From Acidobacteriota bacterium (lineage in GTDB: Bacteria; Actinomycetota; Thermoleophilia; Gaiellales; Gaiellaceae), in contig JAGWRZ010000019.1 in NCBI GenBank assembly GCA_028876365.1, positions 1 to 59,563 of the forward strand: a stretch of 59,563 bases of DNA, given 5' to 3'. The translations under genes and the position numbers were made by a program. Numbering within the stretch: position 1 is the stretch's first letter; each line of letters begins with the position of its first letter. This document shows, piece after piece, positions 45,981-53,809 of this stretch. The notes under the pieces were generated by a model. That model was not told the DNA's origin and searched no databases. It worked only from the letters and a program-made list of their open reading frames with translations.

Positions 45981-47053
45981 CAGTCGACGATCGCGACCTC
46001 GACGGAGGAGATCGGCGGGAGGTAGCTCGCGATCTCGCTCCAGCTCTCCCCCTCGTCGTTGGACGCGAACAGCTGGCCCGTGCTCGTGCCGAAATAGAGG
46101 CCCGGCGTGTCATAGGAGTCGATCGTCATCGCCCCGCGCAGCACGCCGAGATACGCGTCGTGCTGCGGCAGCCCGTCGCGCAGAGGGCGCCAGCTGGAGC
46201 CCGCGTCGCGCGTCTGCCAGACCGTTGCCTTCCCCTCCGGCATCGTCCGGCCGTGCCCGGGGTCGAGCGGAATGACGTAGAACGTGTCGCGGTCGTGCGG
46301 ATGCGCGGCGGCCCCGAAGCCGAACTCCGTCGGGAGGCCCTCGGTGATCTCCGTCCAGGAGTGGCCGTCGTCGTCGCTGCGATGCATGCCGACGTGGTTT
46401 TGCTGATAGAGGCGCGTGTCGTCCGCCCGCACCATCCGATGCACGCAGAAGCCCACCTCCTCGTGCGCACGCGGCCAGTCGGCCCGGAGCCCGCGGTTGC
46501 GCGGCGTCCACGACGTTCCGCCGTCGGTCGTCTCGAACAGGCCGACGCCCTGGACGATCGTCCAGAAGCGCGCGTCGTCGGCGTCGTCGAGCGCGAGCGC
46601 CGAGATGCCGAGATGGCCCGGAGGCTGGTTTGCGGGATCGTCCCACGCCTCGCTGCCCGGCTGCCCGGCGAGCGTCGTCAGCAATGAGAACGTCTCGCCG
46701 CCGTCGGTGCTCTGGAAGATGCCCGGAGCCTCGACGCCCACGAGCACACGGCCGTTCCGCGCCGCGAGGGACGACACCTTCGAGACCTTCTTGCCGCTCG
46801 CCTCGTCGTAGGCGAGCCCTTCGCTCGAGAGCGTCCACGTCTCGCCGAGGTCCTTGCTCCGCCACACGGCGGAGCCGTGCCACTCGCTCGCCGCGGCCGC
46901 GTAGATGTCGCCGGTGACCGCGTCGCGGACGGCGTGATACACCGGCCAGCCTTCGCAGTACGGGCCGCGCAGCGTCCAGTCGCGACGGTCGGCGTCGCTC
47001 TCGAGCACGAACGCGCCCTTGCGCGTGGCCACCAGCACCAACGTCTTCGGCAT
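45980..47053 (-). CDS. BNR/Asp-box repeat beta-propeller protein, cytoplasmic
   Basis: 357 aa. Six Asp-boxes are present: SKDLGETW, STDGGETF, TTDGGTSW, SDDDGHSW, TRDAGSSW and SNDEGESW. No signal peptide. GGGAGG lies before the ATG. Confidence 0.8.
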   Translation of the reverse strand: MPKTLVLVATRKGAFVLESDADRRDWTLRGPYCEGWPVYHAVRDAVTGDIYAAAASEWHGSAVWRSKDLGETWTLSSEGLAYDEASGKKVSKVSSLAARNGRVLVGVEAPGIFQSTDGGETFSLLTTLAGQPGSEAWDDPANQPPGHLGISALALDDADDARFWTIVQGVGLFETTDGGTSWTPRNRGLRADWPRAHEEVGFCVHRMVRADDTRLYQQNHVGMHRSDDDGHSWTEITEGLPTEFGFGAAAHPHDRDTFYVIPLDPGHGRTMPEGKATVWQTRDAGSSWRPLRDGLPQHDAYLGVLRGAMTIDSYDTPGLYFGTSTGQLFASNDEGESWSEIASYLPPISSVEVAIVD

Positions 47054-47074
47054 GTCTTCCTCCCGGTTAGCGCC

Positions 47075-47902
47075 CTAGGGGTTCACCCTAGTCAGACGGC
47101 CGAGGCTGGGCAAACTCATCGCAGCTGCGTAGATCGCGACGGCGGTCGAGACGATCACCGTGCTCGGCGGCACCATCGGGAACACGTAGGCGAGCGTCAG
47201 CCCGACCCAGACCGAGGCGAGCGCGAAGCCGCCGGAGAGACAGAGACCCGCCCAGGGCCGCGCCGTCAGGCGGTGTGCCGCGCCGGCCGGGGCGGCGAGC
47301 AGGCCGAGGAGGAGGAGCGCGCCGACTGCCTGTGTCGCCTCGGCGGCGACGAGCCCGACGAGCGCGAGGAACACCAGGCCGAGGGAGCGGACGGGGACGC
47401 CCTGGGCGGCGGCGACGCCGGCGTCGAGCGACGCGTACAGGAGAGGGCGGGCGATCGCGGCGAGGATCGCGACCGCGACGGCGGCGAGCACGACGCTCGT
47501 GCGCACGTCGGCCGTGCTGAGCCCGAAGATCGAGCCGAAGAGCACGCGGACGCCCGCAGCGCCGTTCGTCGCGCTTCCGTTCGTCGTGAAGAGGGCGAGA
47601 AAGAGGACGCCGAGGCCGAGCGTCCAGGCGAACAGCGTGCCGATGACCGTGTCGTCCGCCCGCGCGCGCTCGCCGAGCCCGCCGATTGCGACCCCGCCGA
47701 GGATGGTCGCCCCGAAGAGGCCCGCTCTGAGGTCGACGCCGAGCGCGGCCGCGGCGAGCGCGCCGGTGAAGGCGACGTGGCTGAGGGCGTCGCCCGCGAA
47801 CACCTGCGCGCGCAGGACGACGAACCATCCGACGAGCCCGCACGCGATGCCGACGGCGCTCCCGGTGACGAGCGCGTGGCGCATGAACTCCTGCGCGAGC
47901 AT
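47075..47902 (-). CDS. metal ABC transporter permease (ABC-3 family, TroD/ZnuB-like)
   Basis: The ATG at 47900-47902 overlaps the upstream stop. The sequence FMRHALVTGSAVGIACGLVGWFVVLR..AGDALSH is typical of the ABC-3 family. Confidence 0.88.
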   Translation of the reverse strand: MLAQEFMRHALVTGSAVGIACGLVGWFVVLRAQVFAGDALSHVAFTGALAAAALGVDLRAGLFGATILGGVAIGGLGERARADDTVIGTLFAWTLGLGVLFLALFTTNGSATNGAAGVRVLFGSIFGLSTADVRTSVVLAAVAVAILAAIARPLLYASLDAGVAAAQGVPVRSLGLVFLALVGLVAAEATQAVGALLLLGLLAAPAGAAHRLTARPWAGLCLSGGFALASVWVGLTLAYVFPMVPPSTVIVSTAVAIYAAAMSLPSLGRLTRVNP

Positions 47903-48750
47903 CAGGTGGCGGCCCTGGCGACGACGTAGACGGCGAACGCGACCGACGTGATCCAGAAGCCGACGGGATAGACGGAGAAGTACGCGAGCGCGAGCCCGGT
48001 CCACGTGACCGCGAGCGCGAGCGCAACCGACACCGCGACTCCGGCGACCGGGCGTGCGGTGATGCGGTGCGCCGCCGCTGCGGGCGTCACGAGCAGGGCG
48101 AAGACGAGCAGGGCGCCGGTGATCTGCGCCGTCTCCGCGACGGAGATGCCGAGGACGAGGAGGAAGCCGAGGCCGAGCAGCCGCACGCGGATGCCTGCGG
48201 CGCCGGCGACATCGGGATCGACCGACGCGTAGAGGAGCGGCCGCGCAGCCACCGCGACGAGCGCGAGCGTCGGGGCGGCGACGAGGAGCAGGACGAGCAC
48301 CTGGTCGCGCGTGACCCCGAGAAAGGTCCCGAACAGGAGCGAGTCGAGATCGCTGAGGAGACCGTGGTACAGGCTGATGAAGAGAAAGCCGAGCGCGAGC
48401 GCGAGCGCCTGCACGGATCCCGTTGCGGCGGACTCCCGCGAGAGGCTCCGGCGCGAGCCGGATGCCGCGGCGAGCGCGACCGCGCCGGCGCCGCAGGCGA
48501 GGTAGTAGCCGGCGATGACGGGGACTCCGGCGAGCCCGGCCGCGGACGCCCCCGTGAACGCGGTCAGGGACAGCGTGTGCCCGGCGAACGACTGTCGGCG
48601 CAGCACCATGAACCAGCCGACAACGCCTGCCGTGACGGCGACGATCGTCCCGGCCGCGAGCGCGTGCTGCATGAAGGGATACGCGACGAGCTCGCGGGCA
48701 TCGTGCACCGGGTGCCAGTCGAGGCCGGTGAAGACGGCGCTAGTGGGCAT
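47902..48750 (-). CDS. metal ABC transporter permease (ABC-3 family, TroC/ZnuB-like)
   Basis: 282 aa. The sequence reads FMQHALAAGTIVAVTAGVVGWFMVLRRQSFAGHTLS. Confidence 0.88.
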   Translation of the reverse strand: MPTSAVFTGLDWHPVHDARELVAYPFMQHALAAGTIVAVTAGVVGWFMVLRRQSFAGHTLSLTAFTGASAAGLAGVPVIAGYYLACGAGAVALAAASGSRRSLSRESAATGSVQALALALGFLFISLYHGLLSDLDSLLFGTFLGVTRDQVLVLLLVAAPTLALVAVAARPLLYASVDPDVAGAAGIRVRLLGLGFLLVLGISVAETAQITGALLVFALLVTPAAAAHRITARPVAGVAVSVALALAVTWTGLALAYFSVYPVGFWITSVAFAVYVVARAAT

Positions 48751-49534
48751 GGTGGCCGTGAAGATCCGGCGCGCCGACGACGACGAGCCGCCCGTCGGAT
48801 GCGTGCAGCACCTCGACCGGAACGCCGTACAGAGCCGTCAGCGCCTCGGTGGAGATCACGTCCTCGGGGCGGCCCTCGACGGCGGTGCCGCCGGCGAGGT
48901 AGATGACGCCGTCGAGGTAGGAGATGATCGGGTTGACGTCGTGCGCCACGAGCATGACGGCGACGTCCCTCTCCCGGCAGATCCGGCGGATGAGGGCGGC
49001 GACGCCGATCTGGTTCGGAAGGTCGAGGCTGTCGAGCGGCTCGTCGAGCAGCAGCAGCTGCGGCTCGCGGACGAGCGCCTGCGCGATGAGCAGCCGCTGC
49101 TGCTCTCCGCCGGAGAGCTCACCGATCGGCCGCGCCGCATAGTGGCCGGCTCCGACGAGATCGATCGTCTCGGCGACGCGGGCGGCCGCAGCTCGGCTGC
49201 GCCGTCCGGGGAGCGGCACGCCGAAGCGCGCGCCGTCGAGGCCGAGCCGCACGACGTCGACGCCGCGGATGCGCGTCGAGGGGTCGAAGCTTCGTCGCTG
49301 CGGGAGGTAGCCGATACGGCCGTTCGCGCCGCCCGGCGGCCTCCCGAGGATGGACGCGCGCCCGGCCGCGAGCGGCTGAAGGCCGAGGACGGCACGGACG
49401 AGCGTCGACTTGCCCGCGCCGTTCGGTCCGAGGACCGCGACGAACGCTCCACGCTCGACGGTGACGCTGACGTCGCGCCAGACCGTCCTTCCGCCGACGC
49501 GAGCCTCGGCATCCCTGAGCTCGACTGCGCTCAT
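48740..49534 (-). CDS. metal ABC transporter ATP-binding protein (TroB/ZnuC-like)
   Basis: The ATG at 49532-49534 overlaps the SBP stop (ATGA). Motifs are GPNGAGKST, LSGGEQQR and LLLLDEPL. Confidence 0.9.
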   Translation of the reverse strand: MSAVELRDAEARVGGRTVWRDVSVTVERGAFVAVLGPNGAGKSTLVRAVLGLQPLAAGRASILGRPPGGANGRIGYLPQRRSFDPSTRIRGVDVVRLGLDGARFGVPLPGRRSRAAAARVAETIDLVGAGHYAARPIGELSGGEQQRLLIAQALVREPQLLLLDEPLDSLDLPNQIGVAALIRRICRERDVAVMLVAHDVNPIISYLDGVIYLAGGTAVEGRPEDVISTEALTALYGVPVEVLHASDGRLVVVGAPDLHGHHAH

Positions 49535-50370
49535 CTGCGCGCGAGGGCGAGCTCGAGAGCCTTCAGCTGCCGCACCTGCCATTGCTCGAAGGTCGCGTTC
49601 GCGGGCGCGAGCGTCTCCGTGATCGTCACCACCGGAATGCGGTCCGCCCGCGCCCGCGAGGTGAGGCGCGCGACGTCGGGCGTGCTGTTCTGGGCGTTGT
49701 AGACCCACACATCGATCTCGCGCCGCGCGATCTGCCGGTCGATCGTCGTGATGTCACCGGCGGTCGGCTCCGAGCCCTCGGAGATCGCCTGCAGGAACGA
49801 CGGCGGCGTCAGGAGCCGCAGGCCGAGCGTCCGTGCGAGCGGCGCGAAGATGCTCTCCGACGCGCCGACAGGCGCTCCGCCGAAGCGGCGTCTGATCGCC
49901 GCGATCAGATGGTCGTACTGCGCGAGCGCGTTCGTGCGGAAGCGCGACGCGAGCGCACGGAAGTACGGCGTGCTCGTCGGGTCGAGCTTCGCGTACGCGC
50001 GCGTGATCGCGGCCGCGACCGTGCGAACGTTCGCCGGCGAATACCACAGGTGCGGGTTTCCGCCCGTCCTCGCGCCGACGAGATCGCCGACGGTGAGGAC
50101 GATGCGGCCGGAGACCGGGTTCGCGGCGATCAGCTTCGACGCCCATGCGTCGTAGCCGTCGCCGTTGACGATCAGGAGCTGGGCAGTGGCGAAGCCGCGC
50201 GCGTCGACCGCGGTCGGCTCGTAGTCGTGCGGATCCGCCGCCGGGCTCGCGACGACGCTCGTCACCCGGACGCGGCTTCCGCCGAGCTGCGCGGCGAGGC
50301 TCCCCCACATGTTCTCGGCGGCGACGACGTGGATCTGGCCGGCGGCGAGGAGGGCGGCGAGCGCGTGCAT
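49531..50370 (-). CDS. metal ABC transporter substrate-binding protein (TroA/ZnuA cluster A)
   Basis: 279 aa. The metal-site motifs DPHDYEP and NPHLWYSP are present. There is no His-rich loop. The hydrophobic N-terminus is very short (MHALAALLAAGQIHVVAA). Confidence 0.85.
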   Translation of the reverse strand: MHALAALLAAGQIHVVAAENMWGSLAAQLGGSRVRVTSVVASPAADPHDYEPTAVDARGFATAQLLIVNGDGYDAWASKLIAANPVSGRIVLTVGDLVGARTGGNPHLWYSPANVRTVAAAITRAYAKLDPTSTPYFRALASRFRTNALAQYDHLIAAIRRRFGGAPVGASESIFAPLARTLGLRLLTPPSFLQAISEGSEPTAGDITTIDRQIARREIDVWVYNAQNSTPDVARLTSRARADRIPVVTITETLAPANATFEQWQVRQLKALELALARR

Positions 50371-50385
50371 CGCGCCGGACTCTAC

Positions 50386-50400
50386 CGATAATCGTTATCA
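50386..50400. promoter_or_regulatory. Fur-family (Zur/Mur-type) operator
   Basis: cGATAATcGTTATCA matches the 7-1-7 Fur consensus TGATAAT-N-ATTATCA at 13 of 15 positions. It lies in the 38-bp gap between the divergent SBP and fur-family starts. Confidence 0.6.
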
Positions 50401-50408
50401 TTCTGCCG

Positions 50409-50837
50409 ATGGAGGACTGGACGACCGCCACGCTGGCGGCGCTCGAGCGCGACGGCCGCCGGCGGAGCGCCGCGCGAACGGCCGTGATCGAGCTGCTCGG
50501 CCGCCAGTCCTGCTGCGTGAACGCGCAGGAGATCTTCGATGCTCTCCGCCACGAGGGCCGGCGGGTCGGGATCGCGAGCGTCTACCGGACGCTCGAGCAG
50601 CTCACACGCGACGGCTTCGTCCAGCGCGTCGACGTCGGCGCGTCGACGGCCCGCTACGAGCCGGTGCACCCGGGCGGCGAGCATCATCACCATCTCGTGT
50701 GCGCCGACTGCGGGAAGGTCGAGGCGTTCGCCGATCCCGAGCTCGAGCGGGCGCTCCACAAGGTGGAAGGCGACACCGGCTATTCGGTCGCGCACGACGT
50801 CGTCCTCCGTGGCGTCTGCGACGACTGCGCGACCTAG
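50409..50837 (+). CDS. Fur-family metalloregulator (Zur/Mur-like)
   Basis: 142 aa. The DNA-binding helix is IASVYRTLEQLTRDGFV. The HHHH and CADC...CDDC metal sites are present. Confidence 0.9.
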   Translation: MEDWTTATLAALERDGRRRSAARTAVIELLGRQSCCVNAQEIFDALRHEGRRVGIASVYRTLEQLTRDGFVQRVDVGASTARYEPVHPGGEHHHHLVCADCGKVEAFADPELERALHKVEGDTGYSVAHDVVLRGVCDDCAT

Positions 50838-50864
50838 TCCAAAAGCGCGTACCGCCGGTAGCGG

Positions 50865-51068
50865 CTACGGCGCGTCGCCGGCACGAGCGACGAGAAACGC
50901 AAGCTGCTCCCGCAAACGCGAAAGCTCGCTTTCGCGCTCGGCGAGAGCACGACCTCGAGCGCCGCGCACGCGGAGAAGCTCGAGCTCGCGGACGTCGACG
51001 CGTATCCGCCCGAGGAGCCGCTCGATCTGTCGCTCTCTCTTCATGCTCCGATCGTCCGCGTCGCGCAT
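50865..51068 (-). CDS. possible small coiled-coil protein (67 aa), doubtful
   Basis: The ORF MRDADDRSMKRERQIERLL... is Arg/Glu/Leu-rich. Its GC3 is visibly lower than that of neighbouring genes. It lies 20 nt after the ndh stop and contains a palindrome that could instead be a terminator. Confidence 0.3.
   Translation of the reverse strand: MRDADDRSMKRERQIERLLGRIRVDVRELELLRVRGARGRALAERESELSRLREQLAFLVARAGDAP
50918..50935. terminator. palindrome GCGAAAGC-TC-GCTTTCGC, possible ndh terminator
   Basis: Perfect 8-bp arms. On the minus-strand RNA the hairpin is followed by GUUUGCGGG, a weak U-tract. Confidence 0.25.
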
Positions 51069-51088
51069 GAGCGCCGGATGAAACCGAG

Positions 51089-52348
51089 CTATGAATTCGT
51101 GATGAGCCTGGCGCCCCGTCCGTGCGTGAGGAAGCTCACCGACCAGCGGATGAAGACGAGCACGCGGTTCTGGAAGCCCACGAGGTACCACAGGTGCACG
51201 ACGAGCCACGTCAGCCAGGCGGGGAATCCGCTGAGGTGGACGCCTTTGATGTCCGCGACGGCGGCCGCGCGCCCGATGGTCGCGAGGTTGCCCTTGTCGC
51301 GGTAGCGAAACGGCTGCGTCGCCCTCCCCGCCAGCCGGTCGCGTACGAGGCGCGCCGCGTAGCGCCCCTCCTGCATCGCAACCGGCGCGACGCCGGGGAG
51401 CACGGCGCCGCCGATGCGCACCATGTCGCCGAGCGCGAGCACCTCCGGGTGGCCGGGGAGCGTCAGGTCCGGCGCGACGCTCACTCGGCCGGCGCGATCG
51501 CGCTCGGCGCCGGTCAGCTCCGCGAGCCGCGACGCGAGCCCGGACGCCGTCACTCCCGCCGCCCATACGACCGTTCGGGCCGGGATCCGCTCGTCGTCGA
51601 TCGTCACGCCCGCCTCGTCGATGCCGGTCACCGCGCGCCCCGTCATCACCGTCACGCCGAGCCGCTCGAGCTGCTGCTTCGCCTTTGCGGAGAGGGACGG
51701 CGGGAACGTCCCGAGCACGCGGTCGGCGGCCTCGACGAGCAGGATGCGCGCCGTGCGCGGATCGATCCGGCGGAAGTCGTGCGCGAGCGTGTCGCGCGCG
51801 AGCTCGCCGATCTGGCCCGCCATCTCGACGCCCGTCGGGCCCGCGCCGACGACGACGAAGGTCATCCACGCCTTCTCCCGCGCCGCATCGGTCTCCTCCT
51901 CCGCCGCTTCGAACGCAGACAGGAGCCGGCTGCGGACGACGAGCGCGCTCTCGAGCGACTTCACCTCGTGCGCGTGCTGCCGCCAGCCGTCGTGCCCGAA
52001 GTACGCGTACGCCGATCCGCCCGCGACGATGAGCGTGTCGTACGCGATCCGGTCCGGCGCCTCCACCTCCCCGACCGGGCGGAGCTCGACCTCGCGCGCG
52101 TCGAGATCGAAGTCGGCGACTTCGGCCAGAAGAACGCGCACGTTGCGGTCGCGCGTGAAGACGGCGCGCAGCGGATACGCGATCTCCCCCGGCGAGAGCG
52201 CGCCCGTCGCCACCTGGTAGGTCAACGGCTGGAAGAGGTGGAAGTTGCGCCGGTCGACGAGCGTGACGTCCACGTCGGCATGGCGCAATCCGAGCGTCGC
52301 CTGCAGTCCGCCGAAGCCGCCGCCGACGACGACGACGCGATGCCTCAC
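51089..52348 (-). CDS. ndh: type II NADH dehydrogenase (NDH-2)
   Basis: GTG start at 52346-52348. The sequence reads VRHRVVVVGGGFGGLQA...VVVGAGPTGVEMAG...GDMV... The C-terminal amphipathic/TM tail is GFPAWLTWLVVHLWYLVGF. Confidence 0.9.
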   Translation of the reverse strand: MRHRVVVVGGGFGGLQATLGLRHADVDVTLVDRRNFHLFQPLTYQVATGALSPGEIAYPLRAVFTRDRNVRVLLAEVADFDLDAREVELRPVGEVEAPDRIAYDTLIVAGGSAYAYFGHDGWRQHAHEVKSLESALVVRSRLLSAFEAAEEETDAAREKAWMTFVVVGAGPTGVEMAGQIGELARDTLAHDFRRIDPRTARILLVEAADRVLGTFPPSLSAKAKQQLERLGVTVMTGRAVTGIDEAGVTIDDERIPARTVVWAAGVTASGLASRLAELTGAERDRAGRVSVAPDLTLPGHPEVLALGDMVRIGGAVLPGVAPVAMQEGRYAARLVRDRLAGRATQPFRYRDKGNLATIGRAAAVADIKGVHLSGFPAWLTWLVVHLWYLVGFQNRVLVFIRWSVSFLTHGRGARLITNS

Positions 52349-52395
52349 ACCCGGTCGTTCTCGTCGACGTCCTGCGACCGCTCCTCCGAGCGCGG

Positions 52396-52680
52396 TCACT
52401 CGATCACGAAGGCGACGTTGTCGACGAAGCACCAGCTCCAGTCCTCGCCGGGCTCCGCCGACCTGATGATCGGGTGGGAGGCTTCGCGGGCGTGCTTCGA
52501 GGCGTGTTTGTTCGGCGAGTCGTCGCAGCAGCGGATGCCGCCGCACTCCATGCACATGCGCAGATGCAGCCAGGTGCCGCCGATCTTCAGGCAGTCCTCG
52601 CAGCCGGCGATGTGTTCGGGCACCTCGGTGAACGCGATCGTGTCGAGATGGGAACAGACGGGCGTGCTCATGCGACTCAT
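52396..52680 (-). CDS. UBP-type zinc-finger domain protein
   Basis: 94 aa. The Cys/His pattern is CSHL..GCEDC..WLHLRMCMECGGIRCCDDSPNKHASKH..SHP..WCFVD. Confidence 0.85.
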   Translation of the reverse strand: MSRMSTPVCSHLDTIAFTEVPEHIAGCEDCLKIGGTWLHLRMCMECGGIRCCDDSPNKHASKHAREASHPIIRSAEPGEDWSWCFVDNVAFVIE

Positions 52681-52879
52681 CCTGCCTCTCGTCCGTGCGA
52701 CGATGCCGGTATGCGCGCGTCCCCGAGCGGGATATTCGCGCTCGCCACAGCATCGCACGCGTACCTGGAGCTGCGGGGAGCCGATGTCGGCATCTCGTGC
52801 GCGCGATCGCGGGCCTGCGCGGGCCGCGGACGACGATCGGCGGCGACCGATGGCACGCCCGACGCGCTGCGCTTCCGCG

Positions 52880-53809
52880 CTACCGCCGGCGCGCCAGCCG
52901 CTCGATCGCGCGCGCCACGAGCGCCGGCTGCTCGAGCATCGAGAGGTGCCCCGCACCGGGGATCTCGACGAACGGCGCGTGCATCGTCTCCGCCGTCCGG
53001 CGCCCGGCGGAGACGGAGTCGACGGTGTCCTTGCTCCCCCAGACGACGAGCGCGGGAACGCGCACGGCCGCGAGCGTGGCGCCCGAGACGCCCTGGATCC
53101 CGTGGCCGAGCATCGACGCGAACGCGGAAGCGGTGCCGCTCACGCGGAACGGACGCTCGAACTGGTCGATCGCCGCCTGCGGGATCGGGCGGGCCGTCCG
53201 GCCCCATGCGCTCGCGAGGCCGCGGCGGAAGAGCCAGCTCCATCCGGTAGCGAGCCGGTACAGCGACGTGAACCATGGCGGCACGAGGAGGTCGGTGAGC
53301 CACCCTGGGCCGCCGCCGGGCAGCGCGTCGCCGTCGAGGAGGACGATGCCCGCGACGGCGCCGGGGGACCGCGTCGCCATCGAGACGGCGACGGCCGCGC
53401 CGAGCGAGTGGCCGACGACGAGGGGCCGGCGTAGGCCGAGCCGTGCGTCGAATGCCCGGACGAGCTCGGTCCAGTGCGCGAGCGTGAAGGGGCCGCGCCG
53501 TTGCGAGTACCCAAACGGCGGCAGGTCGAGCGCATAGACGCGATGCGCTCGGCCGAGGATGGGGCCGGTCTCGTTCCAGACCCACGACGGCTCGACGAAT
53601 CCGCCGAGGAGGACGATCGGGCTGCCGTGCGACCCCCACCGGCGGTAGGCGAGCTGCGTTCCGTCCGCGCGGACGTAGGGGCCGGGATAGAGCTCCGTCG
53701 CGGCGACGTCGCGACCGGCGGTCGCGGCGTTGTACGCGAGCGAGGCGATCGTGAGCAGGGCGACGAGCGCTGCGAGCGCGATGCCGACGCGTCGCAGCAG
53801 GCGCCTCAA
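52880..53809 (-). CDS. alpha/beta hydrolase with an N-terminal membrane anchor
   Basis: The TTG start overlaps the upstream TGA (TTGA), with an alternative GTG 21 nt downstream. A TM helix is present (VGIALAALVALLTIASLAY). The nucleophile elbow is GHSLG and the C-terminal motif is GAGH. Homopolymer counting near 53815-53823 was ambiguous to me, so the frame follows the ORF track. Confidence 0.8.
   Translation of the reverse strand: MRRLLRRVGIALAALVALLTIASLAYNAATAGRDVAATELYPGPYVRADGTQLAYRRWGSHGSPIVLLGGFVEPSWVWNETGPILGRAHRVYALDLPPFGYSQRRGPFTLAHWTELVRAFDARLGLRRPLVVGHSLGAAVAVSMATRSPGAVAGIVLLDGDALPGGGPGWLTDLLVPPWFTSLYRLATGWSWLFRRGLASAWGRTARPIPQAAIDQFERPFRVSGTASAFASMLGHGIQGVSGATLAAVRVPALVVWGSKDTVDSVSAGRRTAETMHAPFVEIPGAGHLSMLEQPALVARAIERLARRR

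Noticed and set aside
52681-52879. tRNA or small RNA gene in the largest intergenic region
   Set aside because: I found no cloverleaf arms or T-loop (GTTCGAATC-like) sequence. Only short GC-rich repeats and weak stems are present. It is most simply a promoter and 5' UTR.
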